Positions 54,896-63,354 of a DNA stretch of 64,000 bases are shown one piece after another. The position numbers were made by a program, and so were the translations under genes. Every line of letters starts with the position of its first letter. Within the stretch, counting starts at the first letter, position 1. The notes beneath the pieces are model-generated. The model ran no database searches and was not told the DNA's origin. It saw only the letters and a list, made by a program, of their open reading frames with translations. Source of the stretch: Parcubacteria group bacterium (GTDB lineage: Bacteria > Patescibacteriota > Minisyncoccia > Phycocordibacterales > Phycocordibacteraceae); assembly GCA_028286605.1 (NCBI GenBank), contig JAQBRE010000002.1:399687-463686 (forward strand), given 5' to 3'.

Positions 54896-57595
54896 ATGAA
54901 GAAAACATCAAGCAAATCTGAAGACGCACACTCGCAATTCACTGGTGAAAACTGGATAGAAGTGAAAGGTGCACGTACGCACAATTTGAAGAACCTCTCG
55001 GTCAAGCTGCCGCGCGGGGCTATGACCGTGCTCACCGGTTTGTCCGGCTCCGGTAAATCTTCGCTCGCTTTTGATACGATTTTCGCCGAAGGGCAGCGCC
55101 GTTATGTGGAATCACTTTCCGCGTACGCGCGCCAGTTCCTGAACCAGATGCAGAAGCCGGATGTTGATGAGATCACCGGTCTTTCCCCCGCTATTTCCAT
55201 AGATCAGAAGAGTCGTTCCAATAACCCGCGTTCAACGGTGGCAACGGTGACGGAAATCTACGATTACCTGCGCGTGCTCTACGCGCGTGCGGGCCAGCCA
55301 TACTGCACGCAGCATGATGTGCCAATTTCCCGCCTTTCGAAGGAAGAGATGATGCGTTTGGTGTGGAATCATGTGTATGCGAAGACAGGAGACACAAAAG
55401 CAGCGGATGGAGAAGATGCTGCAGCCGAGAAAGCACGCGTCATGGGCGTTGAGTTCGATCGTAGCACTGTAACAATTTACGCGCCGGTGGTGGTGGGCCG
55501 TAAGGGCGAGTACTACCAGCTTCTCTACGATCTTTTGAGCAAAGGTTTCGAGCGCGTGGTGATAAATGGAAAGGAACAGTCGCTTCGTGAGAAGGCGGTG
55601 CTCGACAGGAACAAGCGTCACGAGATTGATGCCGTCGTGGATAACATCTTCGTATCTGAATTCGTGCGCACGCCGGACGCTGCACGTGAGCGCCTCTCCG
55701 AGGCGCTCGAACTCGCCCTCAAAGAGGCAGACGGTCTCGTGAAGATCAAGCATGCTGACGGCACGATGGAAACGCTTTCTTCCAAGTTTATCTGTCCTGA
55801 AGACGGCATGTCCTTCCCTGAGGTCGAGCCGCGTTTGTTCTCATTCAATAGCCCGTATGGTGCCTGCCCTGCCTGTAACGGCTTGGGTACGAAGTCTCTG
55901 TTTTCAAGCGAAGTGTGTCCGGTCTGCGAAGGAAAGCGTCTGCGCCCTGAAGCGCTTCGCGTGTATCTTGCGCAGAAGAAAAACACGAAGCAGCACCCGC
56001 TCGGCAATAACATCGTGGACTTCACGAACTTCTCTATACGAGATGCGAAAGACTTCATGGATAACCTGCACATGTCTGACATGCGTATGGAAATCGCGAA
56101 GCCGATCATCCGCGAAATCGTCGCGCGTCTTGATTTCATGCTTAATGTCGGCCTGGACTACCTCACGCTTAATCGCTCTGCAGCGACGCTTTCCGGCGGC
56201 GAGTCCCAGCGTATCCGCCTTGCTTCCCAGCTCGGTACAGGCCTCGTGGGCGCGCTGTATGTGCTTGATGAGCCAACTATCGGCCTGCACCAGCGCGACA
56301 ATGATCGCCTCATTAAAACTATGCTCACGCTTAAGGAGCTCGGCAACACTATTCTTGTTGTGGAGCATGACGAAGACACTATTTATGCCGCAGACTACAT
56401 CGTAGATATCGGTCCTGGCGCCGGGGTACATGGTGGCAAAGTGGTCGCTGAAGGCTGGCTTGATGATCTTCTTACCGCGCCGACGAACGAATCCGGTTCG
56501 CTCACCCTTTCATACCTGCGCGAAGAGACGCGCATCGAACTTCCGGAGGAACGTCGTACGAGCGAGAAAGGCTGGATCAAAGTGAAGGGTGCTTCGTTAC
56601 ATAATCTGGTGAATCAGAATATTGATATTCCGCTTGGAAAGCTGGTTGGCATCACCGGTGTTTCCGGTTCCGGAAAGTCCACGTTCCTGTATGACATCCT
56701 GCACAAGAACGTTGCGGCACGCTTCGCGCGCCGTGAAGTGAAGCTTGAGCACGTTTCAAGTATGACGGGCACCGAATACCTTGCGCGCGTGGTACTTATT
56801 GATCAGTCCGCGATCGGTCGCACACCACGCTCGAACCCGGCAACATACACCGGTTCCTTCACGCATATCCGTGACCTCTTCGCTTCAACAAGCGAAGCAC
56901 GTGCGCGCGGCTGGAAGCCAGGGCGATTCTCCTTCAATGTTCCGGGCGGCCGTTGCGAAGCCTGCCAAGGAAACGGCATGATCGCCGTAGAGATGCACTT
57001 CCTTCCAACCGTGTACGTAACGTGCGACGTCTGCGAAGGAAAGCGATTCATGAAAGAGACGCTCGAGGTTACGTATCGCGGCAAGAGTATCTATGACGTG
57101 TTGCAGATGACCGTTGAAGATGCCGCGAAGTTCTTCGAGGACATTCCAAGTATCGGCGAACGTCTTGAAACGCTCAAATCAACGGGTCTTGAATATCTTA
57201 CGCTCGGCCAGTCTGCAACGACACTTTCCGGCGGGGAAGCGCAGCGAGTGAAGATCGCTGCAGAACTCTATCGGCCGACCACGATGAAGACGCTCTACCT
57301 TCTTGATGAGCCGACCGTCGGCCTCCACTACGAAGACGTACGCAAGCTCATCGAGATCCTTCAGGAACTCGTTCTTCGCGGCAATACTGTCGTGGTTATC
57401 GAGCACAATCTGGACCTCGTGAAGTCCTGCGATTACCTCATAGACTTCGGTCCTGAAGGCGGCATCAAGGGCGGCAAGATTATCGCGAAGGGAACTCCAG
57501 AGGAAGTCGCTGAAAACGAGAACTCATTCACCGGCGAATATCTCGCGAAGATCCTCAAGAAGCACGGCAAGAAAAAGAAAGAGTCTAAGGCGTAA
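54896..57595 (+). CDS. uvrA: Excinuclease ABC subunit A
   Basis: Tandem ABC modules with Zn-finger insertions (CPACNGLG; CEACQGNG), GLSGSGKSSLAFDT, LSGGESQRIRLA, GVSGSGKST and LSGGEAQRVKIA. Confidence 0.92.
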   Translation: MKKTSSKSEDAHSQFTGENWIEVKGARTHNLKNLSVKLPRGAMTVLTGLSGSGKSSLAFDTIFAEGQRRYVESLSAYARQFLNQMQKPDVDEITGLSPAISIDQKSRSNNPRSTVATVTEIYDYLRVLYARAGQPYCTQHDVPISRLSKEEMMRLVWNHVYAKTGDTKAADGEDAAAEKARVMGVEFDRSTVTIYAPVVVGRKGEYYQLLYDLLSKGFERVVINGKEQSLREKAVLDRNKRHEIDAVVDNIFVSEFVRTPDAARERLSEALELALKEADGLVKIKHADGTMETLSSKFICPEDGMSFPEVEPRLFSFNSPYGACPACNGLGTKSLFSSEVCPVCEGKRLRPEALRVYLAQKKNTKQHPLGNNIVDFTNFSIRDAKDFMDNLHMSDMRMEIAKPIIREIVARLDFMLNVGLDYLTLNRSAATLSGGESQRIRLASQLGTGLVGALYVLDEPTIGLHQRDNDRLIKTMLTLKELGNTILVVEHDEDTIYAADYIVDIGPGAGVHGGKVVAEGWLDDLLTAPTNESGSLTLSYLREETRIELPEERRTSEKGWIKVKGASLHNLVNQNIDIPLGKLVGITGVSGSGKSTFLYDILHKNVAARFARREVKLEHVSSMTGTEYLARVVLIDQSAIGRTPRSNPATYTGSFTHIRDLFASTSEARARGWKPGRFSFNVPGGRCEACQGNGMIAVEMHFLPTVYVTCDVCEGKRFMKETLEVTYRGKSIYDVLQMTVEDAAKFFEDIPSIGERLETLKSTGLEYLTLGQSATTLSGGEAQRVKIAAELYRPTTMKTLYLLDEPTVGLHYEDVRKLIEILQELVLRGNTVVVIEHNLDLVKSCDYLIDFGPEGGIKGGKIIAKGTPEEVAENENSFTGEYLAKILKKHGKKKKESKA

Positions 57596-57604
57596 ATTCT
57601 AAAG

Positions 57605-57627
57605 GGCCGTCCAGATGGACGGCCCAG
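57605..57627. terminator. Bidirectional terminator hairpin
   Basis: gggccgtcc-agat-ggacggccc. Confidence 0.65.
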
Positions 57628-57630
57628 GCC

Positions 57631-57876
57631 CTACGCGGCCAGCATAGGGTATATCTCTTCGCAGTAGTTTCGAAAATTCACTAGCGCCTCTTCACTCGTT
57701 CCTCGTAACCTCCAGAGAGATTCCACCTCCTTGTAGAAGTCAGCAATCGCGCTTTCAGGGTACCGCTTGATACGACGAACAAGTTCTTCTTTCGCACGAG
57801 AGCTGAATGTCTGCTCAAGTCCAAGCGTAAGACGAAAGCCAAGCTGCTTCGCATTGTGATCGCTTTCACGACTCAT
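57631..57876 (-). CDS. Hypothetical protein (81 aa)
   Basis: RBS gggagg with a 7-nt spacer upstream of the ATG. Helical, with no recognisable domain. Confidence 0.5.
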   Translation of the reverse strand: MSRESDHNAKQLGFRLTLGLEQTFSSRAKEELVRRIKRYPESAIADFYKEVESLWRLRGTSEEALVNFRNYCEEIYPMLAA

Positions 57877-57939
57877 CTCAATTCCTCCCGGTTCAATTCC
57901 TGTTTCAAACTATATATTGTATAATTAAATAGTCAAATT

Positions 57940-59193
57940 ATGCAGCGCGAAGACCTAAAAAAATTTGAGCTTCCTGACGTTCCTGGCGTCTATCTGTTCA
58001 CGCAGGGCAAAGGTAAGTCCAAAAAGATTCTATACGTGGGGAAGGCGACTTCCCTGCGTGATCGCGTGCGCTCCTATTTCGATATCGAGCTCATCGCGAC
58101 CCGCGGTCCGCGTATCGTAGATATGGTCACGCAGGCAGACGGCCTGATGCATGAGACCACGCCAACCGTGCTGGAGGCGCTCGTGCGCGAAGCCGCACTT
58201 ATTCGTGAATATGATCCGCCGGCGAACACGCTGGGCAAAGACGGGAAGTCATTCCTGTATGCCGTCATTACAGACGAAGAGATTCCACGCGTTCTTGCGA
58301 TACGCGGCAAGGATATTGATTTTGAAAACATGCGTGCGAACGGTTTCAAGCTGAAGCATACTTACGGGCCGTTTCCTTCCGGTTATCAGCTGCGCGAAGC
58401 ACTGCGTCTGATCCGTCGCATCTTCCCGTTCTATGACACGCCGAAGCCTGTGGGCGAAGGGAATAAGCATCTGCAAGCGAAGGTTGAGTTCAACCGGCAG
58501 ATAGGTCAGTATCCGCGTGATATGAGTCAGAGCCAATACATGCGCTCCATACGCAACGTTGGCTATTTCCTTTCCGGCCGCGTGAAAGCACTGCGCACCG
58601 TCCTTACGAAAGAAATGAAAGACTCTGCAAAGAAGGAAGAATTCGAAGAGGCGGGCATAATTCGCAGACAGCTTTTCGCGCTGGATCATGTGCAGGATGT
58701 TTCTCTTATTAAAGATGAACGAAACGAAGACAAAGAGGCGCCGCGCATCGAAGCGTATGACACGGCGCACCTTTCTGGTACCAATGCTATCGGCGTTATG
58801 ACGGTGGTAGAGAACGGCCTCATCATGAAGCGCGAATATCGCACGTTTAAGATTCAGGGTCGTGGTGGCAAGTCCACGAATGATGACATCGCGTCGCTAA
58901 AAGAGATCCTCACACGCCGTTTGGGGCATCCAGAATGGCCGCTACCGCGCGCAATCGTCGTAGACGGCGGGAAGACGCACAAGAAGGCTGCAGAAGAAGT
59001 CTTGAAGCAGTATGAAATAGGTATTCCTGTGGCTGCGGTGGTTAAGGATGAGAAGCACCGTCCACGCGAAGTGATCGGCGCGATGCGCGCCGGCATCACC
59101 GAAGCAGACGCAGTCCTTGCTAATAGCGAAGCGCATCGATTCTCCATAACGCTCCACCGCAAGGCCCGCAACAAGACCATGCGTTCGGCATAA
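57940..59193 (+). CDS. uvrC: Short UvrC-like excinuclease (GIY-YIG + RNase H-like endonuclease domain; lacks the UVR and HhH regions)
   Basis: GIY-YIG: LPDVPGVYLFTQGKGKSKKILYVGKATSLRDRVRSYF. C-terminal UvrC endonuclease-domain-like AIVVDGGKTHKKAA...GIPVAAVVKDEKH. It has only 417 aa. Confidence 0.65.
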   Translation: MQREDLKKFELPDVPGVYLFTQGKGKSKKILYVGKATSLRDRVRSYFDIELIATRGPRIVDMVTQADGLMHETTPTVLEALVREAALIREYDPPANTLGKDGKSFLYAVITDEEIPRVLAIRGKDIDFENMRANGFKLKHTYGPFPSGYQLREALRLIRRIFPFYDTPKPVGEGNKHLQAKVEFNRQIGQYPRDMSQSQYMRSIRNVGYFLSGRVKALRTVLTKEMKDSAKKEEFEEAGIIRRQLFALDHVQDVSLIKDERNEDKEAPRIEAYDTAHLSGTNAIGVMTVVENGLIMKREYRTFKIQGRGGKSTNDDIASLKEILTRRLGHPEWPLPRAIVVDGGKTHKKAAEEVLKQYEIGIPVAAVVKDEKHRPREVIGAMRAGITEADAVLANSEAHRFSITLHRKARNKTMRSA

Positions 59194-59344
59194 TTGAAAT
59201 TTATTTAGAGAGGTATATAATTGACTCATACGTTTTCAAACGTATACCTGACGACAGAAAATTGAATCGGCTTGCTGCGGACACTAATCAAACGGTGTAC
59301 TAATGGGCGAATTGGGGAAATCCCTTGCCGTCGCCCCAGGTAAA

Positions 59345-59380
59345 ATAAACCATCCTCTTCGGGGGATGGTTTATTTATTT
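59345..59380. terminator. Bidirectional terminator after the uvrC-like gene and the convergent 59371-59835 gene. The region may also mark the 3' end of a small RNA (59220-59345).
   Basis: aaaccatcc-tcttcggg-ggatggttt + tttatttc. Upstream lie ttgact (-35-like) and the palindrome atacgttt-tc-aaacgtat. Confidence 0.55.
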
Positions 59381-59835
59381 CTTGCAGTTTTAAAATGAAT
59401 CGAACAAATTTCTGCAGAGTCGTGTTTTTCATCTAATAATATCCGAAGCTGAGGATAGTCTTTTGCTGAATAATCCTTAGTATAGAAATGACCGACAGGT
59501 GTTCGTGTTCTGTCTTCTTCATACAGTTCGTAATCTGTAATAGTCTCCTGGAGATGTTCAAGTGCAAACAATATTCGCCCGAACACCTCTTCCTCAGGAT
59601 GGCGCTTCATAAGATCAACTTTCCGCTCCTCAACGAAATGCTTTAATGATTTGCGACTGATATATACCCGTGTTCCTTTACGTGGATGTTTTTCATGCCT
59701 TGAGCCACGAATATCAAATATTCGCAGTAATTCTAGTGGACGCTCAATTAACTCGCCGTATTCCATATCAAAATACTCGCGTGCAAGTGCTTTGATTGTT
59801 CCGATTCTTCTTGGAATGCTGGCAGGTTCATTCAT
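59371..59835 (-). CDS. Hypothetical protein (154 aa) in an AT-rich segment
   Basis: ORF only. About 40% GC against a ~53% background. Confidence 0.45.
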   Translation of the reverse strand: MNEPASIPRRIGTIKALAREYFDMEYGELIERPLELLRIFDIRGSRHEKHPRKGTRVYISRKSLKHFVEERKVDLMKRHPEEEVFGRILFALEHLQETITDYELYEEDRTRTPVGHFYTKDYSAKDYPQLRILLDEKHDSAEICSIHFKTARNK

Positions 59836-59951
59836 CTATCAAGTATGTGTAATGAAGCAAACACAAGAGGCATTTTTAAATTGGATAAGGGCTAATTCAC
59901 TTTATCTTTTCTTCATCTCAAGCTTGAAATAAGAGCGTGCGCACCGGCTCT

Positions 59952-60262
59952 TGACAATAGAACGTTAGTGGGGTATTTTAAAAACGGTTCGGACGTTCGG
60001 CGAGAAATTGCCGCTGGCCCTCCAGGGAGGGCGGACGCGCCTTCCGCTCAACGCAGCTCGATGCTGTATGATGATCTTTTCGCCATTCGGGGAATGCCAA
60101 TGACTTGGACTCAGGTCGAGGCGTAAGGGAAGAACCCCATTAGAACAATCGCACTCTCAGGGGAGAACGAACTTCCAATGGCACCCTTACGTCTAATCTT
60201 TTGAGGCAGGAGCGCTAATAAATACAGCGGGGGCGGTACGATTTCATTTATCGTGCCGCCCC
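59952..60262 (+). ncRNA. Candidate ~275-nt structured RNA or leader upstream of ddl, bounded by a sigma70-like promoter and a strong intrinsic terminator. Class unknown.
   Basis: ttgaca -17 nt- tatttt at 59952-59980. A 360-nt segment free of ORFs >=60 aa. Terminator cgggggcggtacgat-ttcattt-atcgtgccgccc + tttcctatttcc at 60228-60274. It contains a 21-codon uORF (60061-60126) that lacks an SD. Confidence 0.35.
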
Positions 60263-60302
60263 TTTCCTATTTCCATATTCTTGCCTGCTATACTCTTCAC
60301 AT

Positions 60303-61286
60303 ATGCGTGGCACCGTTGTTGGAGTATTGCGTGGCGGTCCGTCGCGCGAGCATGAGGTTTCGCTTGCGAGCGGGCATGCGATTATTGCGAACCTTCCGAA
60401 AGATCGCTTCACCGTTCGTGACATTTATATAGACAAGCAGGGAGCCTGGCACGAACGTGGCCGTCCTATCACGCCGGATCGCGCACTGCATTCCGTAGAT
60501 GTCGTCGTTATCGGTTTGCATGGCGAATACGGAGAAGACGGCGAGGTGCAGAAACTTTTGGAGAAATACGGTGTGCCATACACCGGCTCAGGTTCATTCG
60601 CTTCGTTCGTAGCGATGCATAAGGTGATGTCTAAGGAGAAGGCGAAAGATGCGGGCCTGCTCACTCCTGAGTATCGATACATCGAAGAGAGCACGAACAA
60701 CATCGAAATGGAAAAGATGCTGCGCGATGTGGTGCGAACCTTCCCGCAGCCCGTGGTGGTGAAGCCGACGCGCTGGGGCTCATCAGTGGGCGTTACGCTC
60801 ACCACGGGCTATGCACCGCTCCACACGGCTGTTACAGGCCTTCTTAGGCAAGGTTCCGGCGGTGTACTGGTGGAGGAATACATAAAAGGAACTGAGGCAA
60901 CCGCGGGCGTCGTGGAAGGGCTTCGAGGCGAAGCCCTGTATGCGCTTCCGCCCATCGAAATCCTCCCACCTGAATCAGACTTCTTCTCGTATGACGCCAA
61001 GTATTCGGGCTCCTCGAAAGAGATCGTCCCGGGCCGCTTCACGAAACAGGTGACGGATGAGCTGATGCGCCAGGCGCGCCTCATGCATGAGGCGCTCGAG
61101 CTGCGCCACTACTCACGCTCTGATTTCATCATCACGCCCAAAGGCATCTATTATCTGGAGACTAATTCGCTTCCGGGCCTCACCGGCGAATCGCTCCTGC
61201 CTAAGTCCCTGGCTGCGGTGGGCGTGTCCTTCGGGGAATTCTTATCCCATATAATTGACCTTGCACGGACAGGAAAGAAACGGTAA
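60303..61286 (+). CDS. ddl: D-alanine--D-alanine ligase
   Basis: VLRGGPSREHEVSLASG, VIGLHGEYGEDGEVQKLLE, the ATP-grasp motifs, and the C-terminal YLETNSLPGLT. Confidence 0.9.
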   Translation: MRGTVVGVLRGGPSREHEVSLASGHAIIANLPKDRFTVRDIYIDKQGAWHERGRPITPDRALHSVDVVVIGLHGEYGEDGEVQKLLEKYGVPYTGSGSFASFVAMHKVMSKEKAKDAGLLTPEYRYIEESTNNIEMEKMLRDVVRTFPQPVVVKPTRWGSSVGVTLTTGYAPLHTAVTGLLRQGSGGVLVEEYIKGTEATAGVVEGLRGEALYALPPIEILPPESDFFSYDAKYSGSSKEIVPGRFTKQVTDELMRQARLMHEALELRHYSRSDFIITPKGIYYLETNSLPGLTGESLLPKSLAAVGVSFGEFLSHIIDLARTGKKR

Positions 61287-61338
61287 AGTTCCAAATACGG
61301 GCCGTTAGCTGCTTGGTGGCCCGTTACGAAATTCACAA

Positions 61339-61411
61339 GGGCCGTTAGCTCAGTTGGTAGAGCGCTTCATTTGCAATGAAGATGTCGCAGGTTCGAATCC
61401 TGTACGGTCCA
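61339..61411 (+). tRNA. tRNA-Ala (anticodon UGC) with the G3:U70 identity pair
   Basis: GGGCCGTTAGCTCAGTTGGTAGAGCGCTTCATTTGCAATGAAGATGTCGCAGGTTCGAATCCTGTACGGTCCA. Anticodon loop TTTGCAA and T-arm GCAGG-TTCGAAT-CCTGT. Confidence 0.9.
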
Positions 61412-61470
61412 CCCCATAAAAACTCAATTTGTCACGGCTGCCCCTGCACCAGATATGACGCATTACTCCC

Positions 61471-62403
61471 ATGTTGTTGGATAACGAACTTGTAACACAT
61501 GGGGTAGGCTATATCCGAGATTTTAAGGTAATTGACCAAGACTCAGATATAGAACTTATTCCCGGTCTGCAGATACTCGGACCAGCTGCAAGAGACGATA
61601 TTAATGAGTATCTAACTGAACTAGAGTCAACAACAGGTATATCCCGTCCTCAAAACGGTCGCTTCATACTCTATACACTTGATAAAAAGCGCTCATTGGA
61701 ATGGCCATTTGAGTTCCAGCAAATGCTCTGGGATTTTATCCTTGTTCTAAGAATTTTTGCTGGCGGCACAGCCCATTCTTATGGCGTCATATACTATGAT
61801 CTCGATTCATCCCCCGTAACCTATTATCCTGGTTATCTGGGTGATGCGGATTCCGTCAGATCCAGTAGCGCAAATATTAAAATGGAGGATTTGCCGCAAC
61901 TGGCTCAGACATATGAGCGCCTATCCGCAATAAAACCACTAATAGACATAAGTTCAGAATCGTTTTCACGATTGAGAAACGCTCTCCGGTTTTTTGATCA
62001 GGCCTACACAACAAACTGGTATTTGATGAAGATTGTTTTACTTTTTATTTGTCTAGAAAGTCTATTTTCTGATCGAGACGACAAGACTGATATATCGTAT
62101 AAGGTTCGGCTTCGAGCCACACGCTTTCTTACTGACGATGTGGAAGAGAGAAAAGATATATTCGAAAATCTTAAAATCGCATACGACTTTAGAAGCTCTA
62201 TTCTCCATGGTGACAATTTTGCTCGCAAGCAAGAACGGAAACTTAAGAATGGAGAATCTTGGGATTACTATCCAAGTTTTCTAGAAAACATTGCAAGACG
62301 CATCTTGCTGAAGATGCTGAGTGATCAGGAACTTTACAACCACTTTTCCAGGAAGACTACAGACAAAGAGGATAGCAACTTCTTTTCAAATCTTGTCCTG
62401 TAA
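61471..62403 (+). CDS. Abi-like protein with a C-terminal HEPN-type Rx4H motif (putative abortive-infection / defense nuclease), in an AT-rich islet next to tRNA-Ala
   Basis: 310 aa at ~40% GC. C-terminal helical region LRNALRFFDQAY...LESLFSD...YDFRSSILHGDNF contains R-x4-H. Predicted cytoplasmic. Confidence 0.5.
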   Translation: MLLDNELVTHGVGYIRDFKVIDQDSDIELIPGLQILGPAARDDINEYLTELESTTGISRPQNGRFILYTLDKKRSLEWPFEFQQMLWDFILVLRIFAGGTAHSYGVIYYDLDSSPVTYYPGYLGDADSVRSSSANIKMEDLPQLAQTYERLSAIKPLIDISSESFSRLRNALRFFDQAYTTNWYLMKIVLLFICLESLFSDRDDKTDISYKVRLRATRFLTDDVEERKDIFENLKIAYDFRSSILHGDNFARKQERKLKNGESWDYYPSFLENIARRILLKMLSDQELYNHFSRKTTDKEDSNFFSNLVL

Positions 62404-62608
62404 ATACTTACTGAGCTGGCGCCTTTCACTCCCGATTCGCACTACTATTGGAAGCTAGGTTGCCTTGCCGGTATCCTTCCCATACCAGTCCTTCTTCAAC
62501 CGCCTCACCCTCCGCTCCCAGTTGAGAGACAGCAAATTACGCAGTAGACACAAACTTTACTGTGCAGCCGTCTTAAAACTTAGAGTTTTAGAGGGGTATA
62601 CTTTCCCT

Positions 62609-62935
62609 ATGAAAGTCCTCGCGCTTATTCTCGCGATTCTTGCCATTGTTTGTTGGTTCGCTATTGGGAATCCGAAGAATGATATTGCGTCGGTAGTGTG
62701 GGCAAATTCGCCTGCACCATGGGAAAGCGTGACTGGATTCTATTATCCGGACAAGAGTGATCTATCTGATAATCCGCAGACACAGGATTCTGGCACGCTT
62801 GGGAACTGTCGTGATTGGGCTGCGATTACGATTACTGCAAGCGTTGATCCGACAGGTCAAAGCAGTACGTATGCGTGCGGAATATCGTGCGCAAATCCGA
62901 AGGATGCGTCTTCATGCCGTTTGCTTGTTAAATAG
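62609..62935 (+). CDS. Small secreted Cys-containing hypothetical protein
   Basis: Signal/TM MKVLALILAILAIVCWFAIG and several Cys (CRDW, YACGISC, SSC). gaggggTATACT sits 6 nt upstream of the ATG. The ORF-track start at 62465 is rejected. Confidence 0.5.
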   Translation: MKVLALILAILAIVCWFAIGNPKNDIASVVWANSPAPWESVTGFYYPDKSDLSDNPQTQDSGTLGNCRDWAAITITASVDPTGQSSTYACGISCANPKDASSCRLLVK

Positions 62936-62937
62936 AT

Positions 62938-63354
62938 ATGAATGAAGGACCTTCGAAGAAACCGAAAGAAGCCGTACTGGCTTCGATGGAACCAGAAGAA
63001 GAGAAACAGCCCGATCCTACGGATGCCGTTGTGATTATAACTGCGACCATTCAGGAAAGAATGGATATCCTTCCTGTTCCTGCAAAGCGCGCTGTTGCAC
63101 AGGTGGAGGCCGCATATAAAAGTCTTTTGCATGTACGTGCGTATCGAGGAGACGTAAGCGCTGCATACGCCGTGTACGTTCAGGCAGCGAAGAATCTTCT
63201 TGCAGAACATTCTCTTTGGAAAGCTATGGAAACGATGTACGCACCTGAATCAATCGAGCATCTTCGCACGTTGCTAGAGACGAATATCGAGCGGCTCACC
63301 ACGGTCATGTTCGAGGATTATGTTATTCCCGTAGACAAAGGCCCTCTTCAGTAA
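62938..63354 (+). CDS. Hypothetical protein (138 aa)
   Basis: ORF only. Acidic and helical. Confidence 0.45.
   Translation: MNEGPSKKPKEAVLASMEPEEEKQPDPTDAVVIITATIQERMDILPVPAKRAVAQVEAAYKSLLHVRAYRGDVSAAYAVYVQAAKNLLAEHSLWKAMETMYAPESIEHLRTLLETNIERLTTVMFEDYVIPVDKGPLQ

Noticed and set aside
59226-59432. 68-aa minus-strand ORF in the uvrC-like/59371-gene spacer
   Set aside because: It overlaps the terminator and the end of the neighbouring gene and has no RBS. The region is more likely a small RNA or UTR.
59987-60262. Possibility that the ddl-upstream RNA is tmRNA, RNase P RNA or a glycine riboswitch
   Set aside because: It has no tRNA-like T-loop/ACCA end for tmRNA and no RNase P conserved blocks (GGAAAGTCCGG, AGGGTGAAA). 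Only superficial similarity to the glycine aptamer was seen. It is left as unclassified.
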